From positions 1-45,855 of the forward strand of contig QHRT01000006.1 in the NCBI GenBank assembly GCA_003220195.1: a stretch of DNA of 45,855 nucleotides, read 5' to 3'. The notes beneath the pieces are model-generated. The model saw only the letters and a list, made by a program, of their open reading frames with translations, ran no database searches and had not been told where the DNA came from. Both the position numbers and the translations under genes were made by a program. Shown here piece after piece: positions 10,172-18,271 of the stretch. Origin of the DNA: Candidatus Rokuibacteriota bacterium (GTDB lineage: Bacteria; Methylomirabilota; Methylomirabilia; Rokubacteriales; CSP1-6). The stretch's first letter is position 1. The number at the start of each line of letters is the position of its first letter.

Positions 10172-11167
10172 TCATTTCTGCGCGCGGGCGGCGACCAGGA
10201 CGTCCAGGATCTGCCGCGCGAGAATCGGGCCGCGCGTGATGAATCCGGTGAAGTAGGACACCGCCGTCGCGCCTTCACGCAAGAGCGTCTCGACCTTGTC
10301 CGGCGTGTCGACGCCGCCGGTCGCGATCAGCTGGAGCGATGGACCGAACCTCTTGCGCGTGTTCCGGAGATTCTCGAGCGTCGCCGGAAAAATCTCCGGA
10401 CCCGACAGTCCGCCCGTGCGCTGCGACAGCCGCGGCTCGTCGATGCGCCGCGTGTTGCCGTAGTTGACGATGCGAACGCCGGCCTCGAGCGCGGCCGGGA
10501 TGATCTCGCGCTCGTTGACCTCGGCGAAATCCGGCGAGAGCTTCACGATGAGCGGGCGCGGGGAGGCGTGGCCGAGGCGTTCGAGCACATCGCGCAGCTC
10601 GCGCGGCTTCGAGCTCCACTCGTATACCAGGCGGGTGTTGGGGGAGGAGACGTTGACCTCGACCAGGTCGCCGAGCGGAGCGAGCGAGGTCACGAGCGTC
10701 AGGTAGTCCTCGACCGTCTCTCCGGCGACGCTCACGATCAGCGGCACGCGGTGACGCAGCGCCGCGAGGCGAGGACGGATCTGCTCGAGCCCGGGATTCT
10801 GGAACCCGTTGCAGTTCACCAGCCCCGGGCCGGCGGCGGTGCGCACCCGCACCAGGTTCGGCTCGGGATGTCCGGGGCGCGGATTCGTCGTGATGCTCTT
10901 GGTGGTCACGGCGCCGAATCCGAGACCCATCGCGCGCTCGAGGATCGCGGTGTCGTAGTACTGGGCCGCCAGGATGATCGGGTTCGGCAGCCGCACGCCG
11001 CCCAGCACGGTCTCGAGACGCGGGTCGTCCCTGCGAAAGATCGGCACTCGATCGAACGGGAGAGCCCGGAGGACCGCCTGTCCGAACGCGATCGCTCGGG
11101 GCTCGGGCAACCGACCGAGGACACCGTCGTAGAGCACGCGGTACAGCGCGGCGATCACGCGAGTCAT
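10172..11167 (-). CDS. Dihydroorotate dehydrogenase-like flavoprotein (class 2 architecture, divergent)
   Basis: 331 aa. LPNPIILAAQ, NCNGFQNPG, VNVSSPNT (Ser-type active-site loop), VKLSPDF, GGLSGPEIF, IATGGV. Confidence 0.7.
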   Translation of the reverse strand: MTRVIAALYRVLYDGVLGRLPEPRAIAFGQAVLRALPFDRVPIFRRDDPRLETVLGGVRLPNPIILAAQYYDTAILERAMGLGFGAVTTKSITTNPRPGHPEPNLVRVRTAAGPGLVNCNGFQNPGLEQIRPRLAALRHRVPLIVSVAGETVEDYLTLVTSLAPLGDLVEVNVSSPNTRLVYEWSSKPRELRDVLERLGHASPRPLIVKLSPDFAEVNEREIIPAALEAGVRIVNYGNTRRIDEPRLSQRTGGLSGPEIFPATLENLRNTRKRFGPSLQLIATGGVDTPDKVETLLREGATAVSYFTGFITRGPILARQILDVLVAARAQK

Positions 11168-11276
11168 GGCTGCGATATATCACGTCCCTTGGCTTGACGA
11201 TGTCTCGCGGGCGTGATTACGCTTATGAATAGCGTGAGAGCGCTGCCCATCGTACCCACTGTTCTCGACCGCGGGA

Positions 11277-12452
11277 GTGACCCTGCGCGGTAACTCCGTC
11301 ACCGTCCTGGCGGCCGGCGTCCTCGTGTCGGTCGGCTCGGACATCGAGAGCTTCTGGTCGGCGCTGCTCGCTGGCGTCGATGGCATCACGCCGATCGAAC
11401 GCTTCCCGGTGCACGATTTGCGCGTCGGCCGCGGCGGCGAGATCAAGAAGCTTCCGCTCGCGGCGGAGCGTCTTCCAGATTGTCGCGCCTCGCAGCTCCT
11501 CGTGTGCGCGGCGGAAGACCTTCGGCGTCGTGCGGCGCTCGATTGCGATCGGACGCGCCTCGCCGTCGTCGTCGGAACCGCGCTCGGCGGCGTTGAACAG
11601 CTCGAGGCAGCGCTCGAGGACGGCGGCACGCTTCGACACGCCGCCGGCGCGTTCTACGACAGCCCGGCCCATCGCCTCGCCGGGTGGCTCGGAGCCACCG
11701 GGCCGGTCATCACCGTCTCGACGGCGTGCGCGTCCGGCGCGAGCGCGATAGCGATCGGCGCCGATCTCCTCCACGCGGACGCCGCCGATCTCGTGATCGC
11801 CGGCGGCTACGACGCTCTGTGTCGGTTCGTGATGCGCGGATTCGACGCCTTGCGTGCGCTGACGCGTGACCGCGTCCGGCCCTTCGACCGTCGACGGGAT
11901 GGGTTACTCCTGGGCGAAGGCGCGGGGCTGGTGTTGATGGCGCGCGAGGCCGACGCGCGCGGGCGTGCGCGTCTGGGAAGACTCCTGGGCCACGGCAGCG
12001 GCAGCGACGGCTCGCACGTGGCGGCGCCCGATCCCGACGGGCGGGGTCTCGAGCTCGCCGTGCGCACCGCGATGGCGGACGCCGGCGTCGGACCGGCGGA
12101 CATCGAGATGGTGAGCGCGCACGGGACCGCGACGCCGCTCAACGACCGGATCGAAACCGCCGTGCTCAAACGCACGCTGGGCGCGCGCGCGAGCCAGGTG
12201 CCGGTGAATTCCATCAAGGGCGCCCTCGGCCACACGATGGGCGCCGCCGCGGCGATCGAAGCGATCATGTGCCTGCTCGCCGGGCAGCACGGGGTCGTGC
12301 CGGCCACCGTCGGCCTCGAGGATCCGGATCCCGAGTGCGACCTCGACTGCGTGCGCGGCGATGCGCGGGTCACGCGCGCGCGCGTCAGTCTCAGCACGTC
12401 GCTCGGCTTCGGCGGCTCGAATGCAGCGCTGATCCTGGAGGCGGGCGCGTGA
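11277..12452 (+). CDS. Beta-ketoacyl synthase (FabF/KS-alpha-like, catalytically complete)
   Basis: Cys151 in VSTACASGASAI (TGC at 11727-11729), His motifs AHGTATPLND and GHTMGAAAAIEA, C-terminal SLGFGGSNAALILE. GTG start. Confidence 0.9.
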   Translation: MTLRGNSVTVLAAGVLVSVGSDIESFWSALLAGVDGITPIERFPVHDLRVGRGGEIKKLPLAAERLPDCRASQLLVCAAEDLRRRAALDCDRTRLAVVVGTALGGVEQLEAALEDGGTLRHAAGAFYDSPAHRLAGWLGATGPVITVSTACASGASAIAIGADLLHADAADLVIAGGYDALCRFVMRGFDALRALTRDRVRPFDRRRDGLLLGEGAGLVLMAREADARGRARLGRLLGHGSGSDGSHVAAPDPDGRGLELAVRTAMADAGVGPADIEMVSAHGTATPLNDRIETAVLKRTLGARASQVPVNSIKGALGHTMGAAAAIEAIMCLLAGQHGVVPATVGLEDPDPECDLDCVRGDARVTRARVSLSTSLGFGGSNAALILEAGA

Positions 12453-13252
12453 GCGGAGCGCGCGTCGCCGCCGTCGGCGTCCTGACCGGCTGGGGCGAGG
12501 GGATCGGAGCGCTGCCCGACGATGCCGAGCGCGCCGCCGCCGGCCGTCCGATCCTGCCGCTGCGGATCCCGCCGCGACCGGGCGAACGGTTCCGCCGCGC
12601 CACCCGTGAATGTCTGCTCGGTCTCGCGTCGGTCGAGGCCATGCTCGAGGACGGCGGCCTCGGTCGGGACGCGATCGCCGGCGACCGCTCGGCCCTGGTG
12701 TTCGTGACGGCGGCAGCATACGGTTCGGCCAATCGCGCGTTCATCGAGTCGACGACCACGGGCGCGGCGCTCCATTTCCCGTACACGGCGCCGAGCGCCG
12801 TGCCGGCGGAAGTGGCGATCGAGTTTCGCCTGACCGGCCCGTATGTCATTCTGATCGGAGGCGCCGCGGCCACCGTCGACGCGCTCTGGCAGGCGTCGAC
12901 GCTCGTCGAGCGTGGCGTCGCCGACCGCGCCGTCGTGCTGGCGGTGGAGACGTTCGAGGAATGCGGGAGCCTGTATGCCCGCGGACGGTGGCTCTCCAGG
13001 CGACCGCTCGTCGAGGCGGCCGCCTCGGCGCTGCTCGTCGCCGCGCGGGAGAAGCCGGTGTACCGACGGTCGCGCGCCGCTCGAGCGGGCATGGAATCGA
13101 CAAGACGCCGTGCGGGTGAGACGCTCGCGTGCGAGCCACTCATCTCGCTGGCGCTCGCGCGTCAACGGGGACACCCGACCGACGTGTCCGGCCAGTGGCG
13201 CGGTCAGGTCGCCACGTTGTCGTGGCCGGCCGTCGCAAGTCAAAGAGACTAG
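12449..13252 (+). CDS. Truncated ketosynthase-like protein without catalytic triad (chain-length-factor-like partner)
   Basis: GTG 12449 overlaps the KS stop (GTGA). ~267 aa with a KS N-terminal-like fold. The active-site Cys position reads ILIGGAAATVDAL. No HGT or GH motifs. Confidence 0.7.
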   Translation: MSGARVAAVGVLTGWGEGIGALPDDAERAAAGRPILPLRIPPRPGERFRRATRECLLGLASVEAMLEDGGLGRDAIAGDRSALVFVTAAAYGSANRAFIESTTTGAALHFPYTAPSAVPAEVAIEFRLTGPYVILIGGAAATVDALWQASTLVERGVADRAVVLAVETFEECGSLYARGRWLSRRPLVEAAASALLVAAREKPVYRRSRAARAGMESTRRRAGETLACEPLISLALARQRGHPTDVSGQWRGQVATLSWPAVASQRD

Positions 13253-13265
13253 GAGCACCGGAACC

Positions 13266-13541
13266 ATGGAGCCCAAGGAGACCGTCGACGAGCTGAAGTC
13301 GATCCTGGTCACGCGTCTCAAGTTCGAGCCGCGGCGCGCCGCCGAGATCACGCTCGACACCCCTTTGCCGAAGGGCGTCGAGGGCTCGATCGGCCTCGAT
13401 TCGCTGGACTTCATCGAGCTGTCGCTCGCGATCGAGGAGCGCTTCGGCGTCGTGCTCGACGAGTCGCAGGATCTCGTCAAGCACTTCGCGACGATCGATT
13501 CGCTGAGCCGGTTCATCGCCGCGCAGGCCGGAGGCTCATGA
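13266..13541 (+). CDS. Acyl carrier protein
   Basis: 91 aa. AGGAG lies 10 nt upstream of ATG 13266. Phosphopantetheine attachment motif GLDSLDFIEL. Confidence 0.88.
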   Translation: MEPKETVDELKSILVTRLKFEPRRAAEITLDTPLPKGVEGSIGLDSLDFIELSLAIEERFGVVLDESQDLVKHFATIDSLSRFIAAQAGGS

Positions 13542-14719
13542 TTCGAACGGTCGTCACCGGCCTCGGCGTGACGAGCCCCTTCGGCGCCGGGACGAAAGCG
13601 TTCTGGACCGGGGTTGCCGGTGGAACCTGCGCGATCCGGCCGATCACGCTGCTGGACACTGATGGCTTCCGCTGCCGGATTGCCGCCGAGGTGCCGGCCG
13701 ATGCGCTCGCCGGCTCGCCCCGCCGCTCGCGCGCCGACCGCCTGGCGCTCGCCGCCGCGCGCGAAGCGATCGCGGATTCCGGGCTCGCTCGCGCCGACTG
13801 TCGCGACGCCGGCCTCGTCATCGGCGCGGTGGGCGGCGGGATGTTCGAGGCCGAGAAGTGGTACTGGGCGCGGACGCGCGGCGGCGCTCCCGTCGATGCC
13901 GCGTCGTCGTTGCGCGCGGTCTTGCCCTTTTCCCACGCCGAGACGCTCGGCAAGGCGCTCTCGCTCGGCGGGCCGCGCGAGACGGTGGTCGCCGCGTGCA
14001 GCTCCGGAGCGGTGTCCCTCGCCCTCGCGCGGGATCTCATCGAGGACGGCCTGGCGACGGTCGTCGTCGCCGGCGGCGCCGACTCGGTGACGCGGATCTG
14101 CTACATGGGGTTCAACGCGCTCCGACTTCTCGATCCCGAGCCGTGCCGGCCGTTCGACCGCGAGCGTCGCGGGATGTCGATCGGTGAGGGCGCGGCGTTT
14201 CTCGTGCTGGAAGACGCCGAGCACGCGCGCGCGCGCGGCGCTTACGTCTACGCGGAACTCTCCGGCTACGGCATCACGACCGACGCCTTTCATCCGACGT
14301 CGCCTCATCCGGAGGGTGACGGCATGGTGCGCGCCATGCGAGGCGCGCTCTCGGACGCCGGCATCGGGCCGGCGGAGGTCGGCTACGTCAACGCCCACGG
14401 AACCGGCACGCCGCAGAACGATCGCGTGGAGGCGCGGGCGATCGCGCGCGTGTTCGAAACGGGCGAACCGCTCGTGAGCGCCACGAAGTCGATGATCGGC
14501 CACACGATGGCCGCCGCGGGCAGTCTGGAGACGGTCGCGACGATCCTGGCGATCGTCGAAGGCGTCGTTCCTCCGACCGCAAATCTTTGTGCAGCCGATC
14601 CCGACGTCACGTTCGACTGCGTCCCTGGCACGGCGCGCACGGCCGCGATCGATTGCGCGATCTCGAACTCGTTCGGTTTCGGTGGTCAGAACGTCACGCT
14701 CGTGTTCCGTCGGTCATGA
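13538..14719 (+). CDS. Beta-ketoacyl synthase (second catalytically complete KS)
   Basis: ATGA overlap with the ACP gene. VVAACSSGAVSL (Cys), AHGTGTPQND, GHTMAAAGSLE, SFGFGGQNVTLVF. Confidence 0.92.
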   Translation: MIRTVVTGLGVTSPFGAGTKAFWTGVAGGTCAIRPITLLDTDGFRCRIAAEVPADALAGSPRRSRADRLALAAAREAIADSGLARADCRDAGLVIGAVGGGMFEAEKWYWARTRGGAPVDAASSLRAVLPFSHAETLGKALSLGGPRETVVAACSSGAVSLALARDLIEDGLATVVVAGGADSVTRICYMGFNALRLLDPEPCRPFDRERRGMSIGEGAAFLVLEDAEHARARGAYVYAELSGYGITTDAFHPTSPHPEGDGMVRAMRGALSDAGIGPAEVGYVNAHGTGTPQNDRVEARAIARVFETGEPLVSATKSMIGHTMAAAGSLETVATILAIVEGVVPPTANLCAADPDVTFDCVPGTARTAAIDCAISNSFGFGGQNVTLVFRRS

Positions 14720-15801
14720 GCGGGGCCGCCACCCGGAGAGTCGCGATCACGGGGTGCGGCACGGTCAACGCCGCGTTCGTCGGCGGCGTTCCTGAGCTCT
14801 CGACCTACCTCGAGCATCCGGAGAGTCGCGTTCGCGCGGAGCCATCGACGGAGCCGGGCCTCGTCGCGTCGGTCGACGACCGCGCCCTCGACGGACTGAC
14901 CGACGCCGGCGACCAGCGCCGCGTGTCCCGCATCAGCCGCTTCGCGATCGCGGCCGCCAGGCTGGCGCTCGCGGACGCAGACGCTCCACCCGAGGATCTG
15001 TCGCTCGTCGTCGGCACGGAGCTCGGAGATCTCAGGTCGACGAAGGAATTCGCGAACGGGTTCCTCGAGCGCGGCCCGACCGGATTGTCCGCGCTGCTCT
15101 TCCCGAACACGGTGATGAACACGATGGCCGCGGCAACCGCGATCGCCGTGCAGGCGCGCGCGGCGACGCTGACGCTGAACGCGCCGGTCGTCGCCGGTGA
15201 GCTGGCCATCGCGCGCGCCGCCGCCGGCATCGCCGCCGGCCGCTTCGAGCTGGCGCTCGCCGGAGGCGTCGACCAGATCGAGCCGATCACGGAGCTCGCG
15301 GCCGGCGGCGACGCGCGCGGAGAGGGCGCGACGTTTCTCGTGCTCGAGCCGCTCGAAAAGGCGCGACAGCGCGGCGCGCGCGTGTTCGGCGAGATCACCG
15401 GCTGGGGGTGGCGCGCGCTGAACGCGCCGCCGTGCGGTGTGGGCCGCGCCGAGCCGCCGCGCGCCGTCCTCCTGGCGCTCGAGCGAGCCGGCCTCGCCGG
15501 CGATGCGGTCCGGTGGGTGTACGACTCGGCGACGCTCGATCGAGAGCGCGACGACTGGGAGCGCGCGCTGCTCGACGTGGCATTTCCCCATCATCCGAGG
15601 CGCGTGTCGCTCGGCCGATGGCTCGGCCGCCACGGGGGGCTTGGCGCGCTGTCCGTCGCGGGCGCCGCGTGGAGCGCGTGTGCCGGGCGACTTCCGGCGC
15701 TCGGCGGCGCGATGTCCGCCGATCGCGGCGTGGGGCTGGTCCATGGCGTGGCGCGTGGGGGAACGCACGTCGCGCTCGTCGTCGGCGCGCCCCTTCCATG
15801 A
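14716..15801 (+). CDS. Full-length ketosynthase homologue lacking Cys-His-His (second chain-length-factor-like partner)
   Basis: ATGA overlap with the preceding KS. The KS fold is recognisable (GEGATFLVLEPLEKARQRGARVFGEITGWG), but the active-site position reads LNAPVVAGE and no HGT or GH motifs are present. Confidence 0.75.
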   Translation: MSGAATRRVAITGCGTVNAAFVGGVPELSTYLEHPESRVRAEPSTEPGLVASVDDRALDGLTDAGDQRRVSRISRFAIAAARLALADADAPPEDLSLVVGTELGDLRSTKEFANGFLERGPTGLSALLFPNTVMNTMAAATAIAVQARAATLTLNAPVVAGELAIARAAAGIAAGRFELALAGGVDQIEPITELAAGGDARGEGATFLVLEPLEKARQRGARVFGEITGWGWRALNAPPCGVGRAEPPRAVLLALERAGLAGDAVRWVYDSATLDRERDDWERALLDVAFPHHPRRVSLGRWLGRHGGLGALSVAGAAWSACAGRLPALGGAMSADRGVGLVHGVARGGTHVALVVGAPLP

Positions 15802-16895
15802 ACGGCATCCTGATCGTCATTCCGGTGTTCGACGAAGAGCCCTCCATCGGGGCGGTCGTCGCCGGTGCCGGACAGCACGGCCCGGTGCTCGTGGTCGACG
15901 ACGGCTCGACCGACGGAAGCGGCGCCGTCGCCCGGAGCGCGGGGGCCGAGGTGGTGCGACATCCGCGTCGCCTGGGAAAGGGCCAGGCCATCCGAACCGG
16001 GCTCGCCTGCGCGCGGGCGCGAGAAGCATCGGTGATGGTGACCCTCGACGGTGACGGGCAGCACGATCCGCGCGACATCGCTCGGCTGCTCGGCGCCGCG
16101 GAACGGTCGCCCGGCGCCATCGTGATCGGCAATCGCCTGGCCACGCTGGCGGATGGGGGCGGTGATCGCGAATCCGCCTTCGACGGCGGCCGCGCGGGAA
16201 AGCTGTCGTGCGGTCGCCTGAATGCGAACCGGGTCGCAGGATTCTTCGCGCACTGGATCAGCGGGCTCGGGATCAGCGACACACAGTCCGGGTTTCGCGT
16301 CTATCCGATGAAGCTCTTCGACGCCGTTCGCCCGCGGGCGGGCGGCTTCGTCTTCGAGACCGAAGTCCTGCTCGATGCGGCTCTGCAGGGATGGCCCATC
16401 GTCGAAGTCCCGGTGGCGGCGCTGCCGCGCTTCACGCGTCGTAGCCGGTTTCGCCCTTTACTCGACGGCACGGCGGTCGCTCGCTGTCTCGGGCGCCGTT
16501 CGATCAGGCGCTGGCGTACGGAGGTCCGGGACGCGCTGCGCGAGATCCGCAACGTCGTTGGCGCCGACCGTCGACGCGCACGGCACGCCGCCGTCCTCGA
16601 GCGCGCGCATCCCTACGCGGGCTCGTTTCCCGCGTGGAGCCTCGCGGTCGGCGCCGGCGCCGCGGACTTCGCGATCGATGGTCTCGCCGGCTGGTGGCAG
16701 CATCCACGGGTGCGCCGCGCGCTGGTCGTCGGCCGCGGCACCGCGGCGTTGCCACTCCTGGCCGGGGTCGCGGCACTGCAGGCCATCGCGGGCCGGATGA
16801 TGCCGGACCTCGTGAGCCCGCTGGTGGCCCGCTTCTGCTCCTGGGAACGGTTCGAGATCGGACACTCGATCGATGAGGGAGCACGACCGCGATGA
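15798..16895 (+). CDS. Family 2 glycosyltransferase (polyprenyl-phosphate sugar transferase-like, ArnC/GtrB/DPM1 type) with C-terminal membrane segment
   Basis: ATGA overlap. IVIPVFDEEPSI, VVDDGSTDGS, LDGDGQHDP, QSGFRVYP. Hydrophobic C-terminal helices. The tracked ORF start at 15408 is an Arg-rich extension overlapping the previous gene. Confidence 0.85.
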   Translation: MNGILIVIPVFDEEPSIGAVVAGAGQHGPVLVVDDGSTDGSGAVARSAGAEVVRHPRRLGKGQAIRTGLACARAREASVMVTLDGDGQHDPRDIARLLGAAERSPGAIVIGNRLATLADGGGDRESAFDGGRAGKLSCGRLNANRVAGFFAHWISGLGISDTQSGFRVYPMKLFDAVRPRAGGFVFETEVLLDAALQGWPIVEVPVAALPRFTRRSRFRPLLDGTAVARCLGRRSIRRWRTEVRDALREIRNVVGADRRRARHAAVLERAHPYAGSFPAWSLAVGAGAADFAIDGLAGWWQHPRVRRALVVGRGTAALPLLAGVAALQAIAGRMMPDLVSPLVARFCSWERFEIGHSIDEGARPR

Positions 16896-18178
16896 ACGCG
16901 ATCGCCACCCGCCGTCTCGGATACGACGTGGCGGTGGTCGGCGGCGGTCCCGGCGGCGCAACCACCGCGGCATTCCTGGCCCGGAGCGGATTCAGTGTCG
17001 TCCTGTACGAGCGTGAGCTCTTTCCCCGGTTTCACATCGGGGAGTCGCTGCTGCCCGCCATGCTGCCGCTGCTCGATCGTCTCGGAGTTCATGAGACCGT
17101 CGCGGAGCGCGGCTTCCAGGTGAAGTACGGCGCCATGTTCAGCGACCAGGAAATGAATCTCGAGCAGACCTATTACTTCCTGCGCGACCGGGCCTGGCCG
17201 AACTACTCCTATCAAGTGCCGCGCGCGGACTTCGATCAGATCTTGCTCGAGCACGCGCGCAAGAGCGGCGTCGACGTGCGACAGCCGGCGACGGTGGACC
17301 AGGTGTCGTTCGATGCGGACGGCGTCGTGGTCTCCGGCACCGAGGACGAGCGAGCGTTCACGACGCGCGCGGCCTTCCTGGTCGACGCGAGCGGTCGCGA
17401 CGGCTTCGTGACCGCGAGAAGAGGCCGACGAGATCGCGTCCCGAATCTTGGCAAGGTGGCGCTCTTCGCGCATTTCCGCGGCGCGCACCGCCTGTCCGGC
17501 ATCGACGAAGGCAACATCCGCATTCACGTCTTCGAGGACGGGTGGTTCTGGTGGATCCCGCTCTCGGGAGACCTGACGAGCATCGGCTGCGTCCTTCACG
17601 CCAGGACGGTGCGCCAGCACGCGGAAGCCATCGAAGATCTGCTCCAGACGATGATCGGCCGGTGCCGGCGCGTCGCCGCCGGTCTCCAGTCTGCCGAGCG
17701 GGTCACGCCGGTACGCACGGCCGCGAATTTCGCGTACGTGAACCGCCCGGTCATCGGGGATCGCTTCCTCGCCGTCGGAGACGCCGTCGCGTTCGTCGAT
17801 CCGATCTTTTCGGGTGGCGTCTTCATCGCCATGAAGTCGGGAGAGCTGGCGGCCGAGGCGATCGGCGCGGCGCTGCGCGACGGGCGCTTCGAGAAACGCC
17901 GCTTTCGCCGCTACGAACGGCACGTCTGGCGAGGCGTGACGCCGTTCTTCCGCTTCATCCACAAGTATTACGAGCCGGCGTTCCTCGAGCTCTTCTTAAA
18001 ACCGTCGAACCGGCTCGGCATGTTCGAGAGCGTGCTGATGGTGCTTTCGGGCGGCGCGTTCGACGGACTCACGTGGCCGCGGCGCCTGGCCCTCGAGGTG
18101 CTGTTCACGTCGGCGCGCATCAACGTCTGGCGGCGTCGGCGCGCCGGGCAAGCCGTCGAATCACGTCTCGAATGGTAA
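16892..18178 (+). CDS. Flavin-dependent halogenase (FAD-dependent oxidoreductase family)
   Basis: ATGA overlap. GxGxxG (VVGGGPGGA), FPRFHIGESLLP, Lys78 in GFQVKYGAMF, WxWxIP motif GWFWWIP at nt 17543-17560. Confidence 0.75.
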   Translation: MNAIATRRLGYDVAVVGGGPGGATTAAFLARSGFSVVLYERELFPRFHIGESLLPAMLPLLDRLGVHETVAERGFQVKYGAMFSDQEMNLEQTYYFLRDRAWPNYSYQVPRADFDQILLEHARKSGVDVRQPATVDQVSFDADGVVVSGTEDERAFTTRAAFLVDASGRDGFVTARRGRRDRVPNLGKVALFAHFRGAHRLSGIDEGNIRIHVFEDGWFWWIPLSGDLTSIGCVLHARTVRQHAEAIEDLLQTMIGRCRRVAAGLQSAERVTPVRTAANFAYVNRPVIGDRFLAVGDAVAFVDPIFSGGVFIAMKSGELAAEAIGAALRDGRFEKRRFRRYERHVWRGVTPFFRFIHKYYEPAFLELFLKPSNRLGMFESVLMVLSGGAFDGLTWPRRLALEVLFTSARINVWRRRRAGQAVESRLEW

Positions 18179-18271
18179 TGACTCGGAGCGGGGCGATGCC
18201 CCGATTGCGCGGGCAAAGCCCGCGCTCGGAATGGCCAGTACGGGTTCACCGTCGTCGGCATCGCGATCGGC

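Noticed and set aside
11194-11230. Sigma70 promoter for the KS operon (TTGACG at 11194-11199)
   Set aside because: No acceptable -10 hexamer lies at 16-18 nt spacing (ATTACG/TTACGC). TATGAA at 11224-11229 has no matching -35. I therefore report only the inverted repeat, not a promoter.
11807-14503. 898-aa minus-strand ORF antisense to the KS/ACP genes
   Set aside because: Same reasoning. It is Arg-rich low complexity opposite genes with complete catalytic motifs.
15408-15797. Long N-terminal extensions of tracked ORFs (GT2 from 15408; also glmM from 4351, folP from 2407, PHP from 25893, ygfZ from 42426, EamA-like from 19736)
   Set aside because: The extensions are Arg-rich and overlap the preceding well-supported gene. 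In each case a start codon lies exactly at or overlapping the upstream stop, and family homology begins there.
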